A stretch of DNA of 64,000 nucleotides. Source: Paraspadella gotoi. Lineage: Eukaryota; Animalia; Chaetognatha. The stretch covers positions 1,460,268 to 1,524,267 of the forward strand of contig CM119267.1 of the NCBI GenBank assembly GCA_051294375.1. Reading direction: 5' to 3'. Positions 62,555 through 64,000 of this stretch are shown here, in pieces; position 1 is the stretch's first letter; each line of letters opens with the position of its first letter. The notes under the pieces were generated by a model that had not been told where the DNA came from, did no database searches, and worked only from the letters and a program-made list of their open reading frames with translations. The position numbers were made by a program, and so were the translations under genes.

Positions 62555-62557
<3 letters not shown>
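62429..62557 (+). CDS. Ig-superfamily gene, exon 3 (end of Ig domain 1, start of Ig domain 2)
   Basis: Acceptor CCCTTTCCTTCTCAG|A. The phase-2 join with exon 2 gives ...DASVY-K-CQWTTFIQKLQLVVVSRPKCSSLKSVYKEKDAVTLACDVTTNG, completing Y-x-C and the G strand (L-x-V) and starting a second domain (E-x-D-x-V-T-L-x-C). Donor GG|GTGAGA. The gene appears to continue beyond the window. Confidence 0.85.
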
Positions 62558-62601
<44 letters not shown>

Positions 62602-62690
62602 GAAGAGCACTGAAGTAGAAGTAATTAAATAAAAAAGAATGAGATTTTTATTGTGACGCATTTCTAAGAAAAGAGACGAGGAGACGAGAG

Positions 62691-62767
<77 letters not shown>

Positions 62768-62808
62768 GAGGAGACGAGAGAATGGGGAGGGAGGGAGGGA
62801 GGGAGAGG

Positions 62809-62923
<115 letters not shown>

Positions 62924-63233
62924 AAAAGAGACGAGAGAATTGGGAGGGAATTTACGACCTGAAGAATAAAAAAAAGGGAGGGATAGAGAAGATGACAGTG
63001 TGTGATAGCGGTAATGATGACGAAGGATGTAATAATGGAGATAATGATGACAGGAATTTGGGATGATAATAGGGATTTTTATGATAAAGATTTAATGATA
63101 AAGATGACAGACATCATAGAGTCAAAGAAGTGGCATTGAAGAAATTGAGATGATAATAAAGATAAGATTGAGAGAAGTGATTGTTTTGAACTCAGTTCGG
63201 AGAGATGGTTTCCTTGACAGCTAACTTTCTGGG

Positions 63234-63394
63234 CTAATTCTGCGCTATCAAGAGGAGAGGAATTCGTAGATAAATGGCGCAGAAGAGACGATGGCGCCGG
63301 TCAAACCGATCATGAGATGAGGACGACAAAGTTTCGGCCAAGAGGCGAAGCCCAGGACTTGACGAAAAAGTCTGTGATGATGTGGTTAGAAGTC
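63234..63394 (-). CDS. Possible terminal exon of an opposite-strand gene
   Basis: Minus-strand acceptor TTGTTATCCTTTGCCCAG| followed by phase-1 frame LLTTSSQTFSSSPGLRLLAETLSSSSHDRFDRRHRLFCAIYLRIPLLLIAQN*; locally higher GC. No homology recognised. Confidence 0.2.
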
Positions 63395-64000
63395 CTGGGC
63401 AAAGGATAACAAAACATTTAATACAAAGTCAGAAAATATATATATAAAGTTTAAAGAATCTTTCTTACTTGTTTGTGAAGCCAAAATAGCAACAAAAGGT
63501 GGCTTCTCTCACAAAAAAGTTCACCAATCCAGTAATCAGAAAGTAGTTTCTTATTAAAAGAATTCCGAGTTCTCTAAACATTAAAAAAGGTGAAACTAGA
63601 CAGATTTGTTAGTCCACGTCGATAAATCGTAATTAGAATCTATCGAAATCCGATGGACCAATCAGAATCTGCCAAGAACTGCCTCGGAATCTGTACCTAA
63701 GTATATATTAAACAAAAGTCTAAAACAAAAGAACACTAACTATTGGTACTATTAATTTTTTTAATTTTTATCTATTACAATTCTATGAATAAATATGAAT
63801 AAATAACTTTTTAAAGAAATTTATCATTTTTCACCCTATATTCAGTCATATCTAAAAAACAAAAAAAGATTTTGCATTGATATTTTGCATATCAACATAT
63901 GAAACTAACGTTTCAAAAAATAAAAATAAATATAATGATATTGAACAGTGAATTTTTTTTATGAACGGAACAGTAACGTTACGCCATTTTTCATTGTGTC

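Overview
AT-rich, microsatellite-laden invertebrate (metazoan) genomic DNA from a draft assembly gap-filled with noisy long reads. It has nine 25-N gaps, and bases 1-30 kb and 44.9-55.6 kb consist largely of indel-riddled direct and inverted re-copies of the same loci. Almost all ORFs in the supplied track are low-complexity artefacts. Supported biology: (i) three phase-compatible exons (38154-38327, 39807-39985, 62429-62557) of a plus-strand immunoglobulin-superfamily cell-surface gene; (ii) a 687-bp TRIM-like LTR element (42212-42898; TG..CA LTRs, PBS-like and PPT-like sites, 4-bp TSD) plus a third LTR copy at 38545-38800; (iii) a ~600-bp hAT-type MITE with 8-bp TSDs; (iv) many non-autonomous Helentron (HINE/DINE-1-like) elements carrying internal tandem repeats; (v) several minisatellites. 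The best candidate for a novel system is the TRIM. Each of its LTRs carries a tRNA-derived Pol III-promoter-like segment followed by a twister-ribozyme-like core, so it may be a twister-based 'retrozyme' with Cassandra-like Pol III capture. All structure calls were made by eye.
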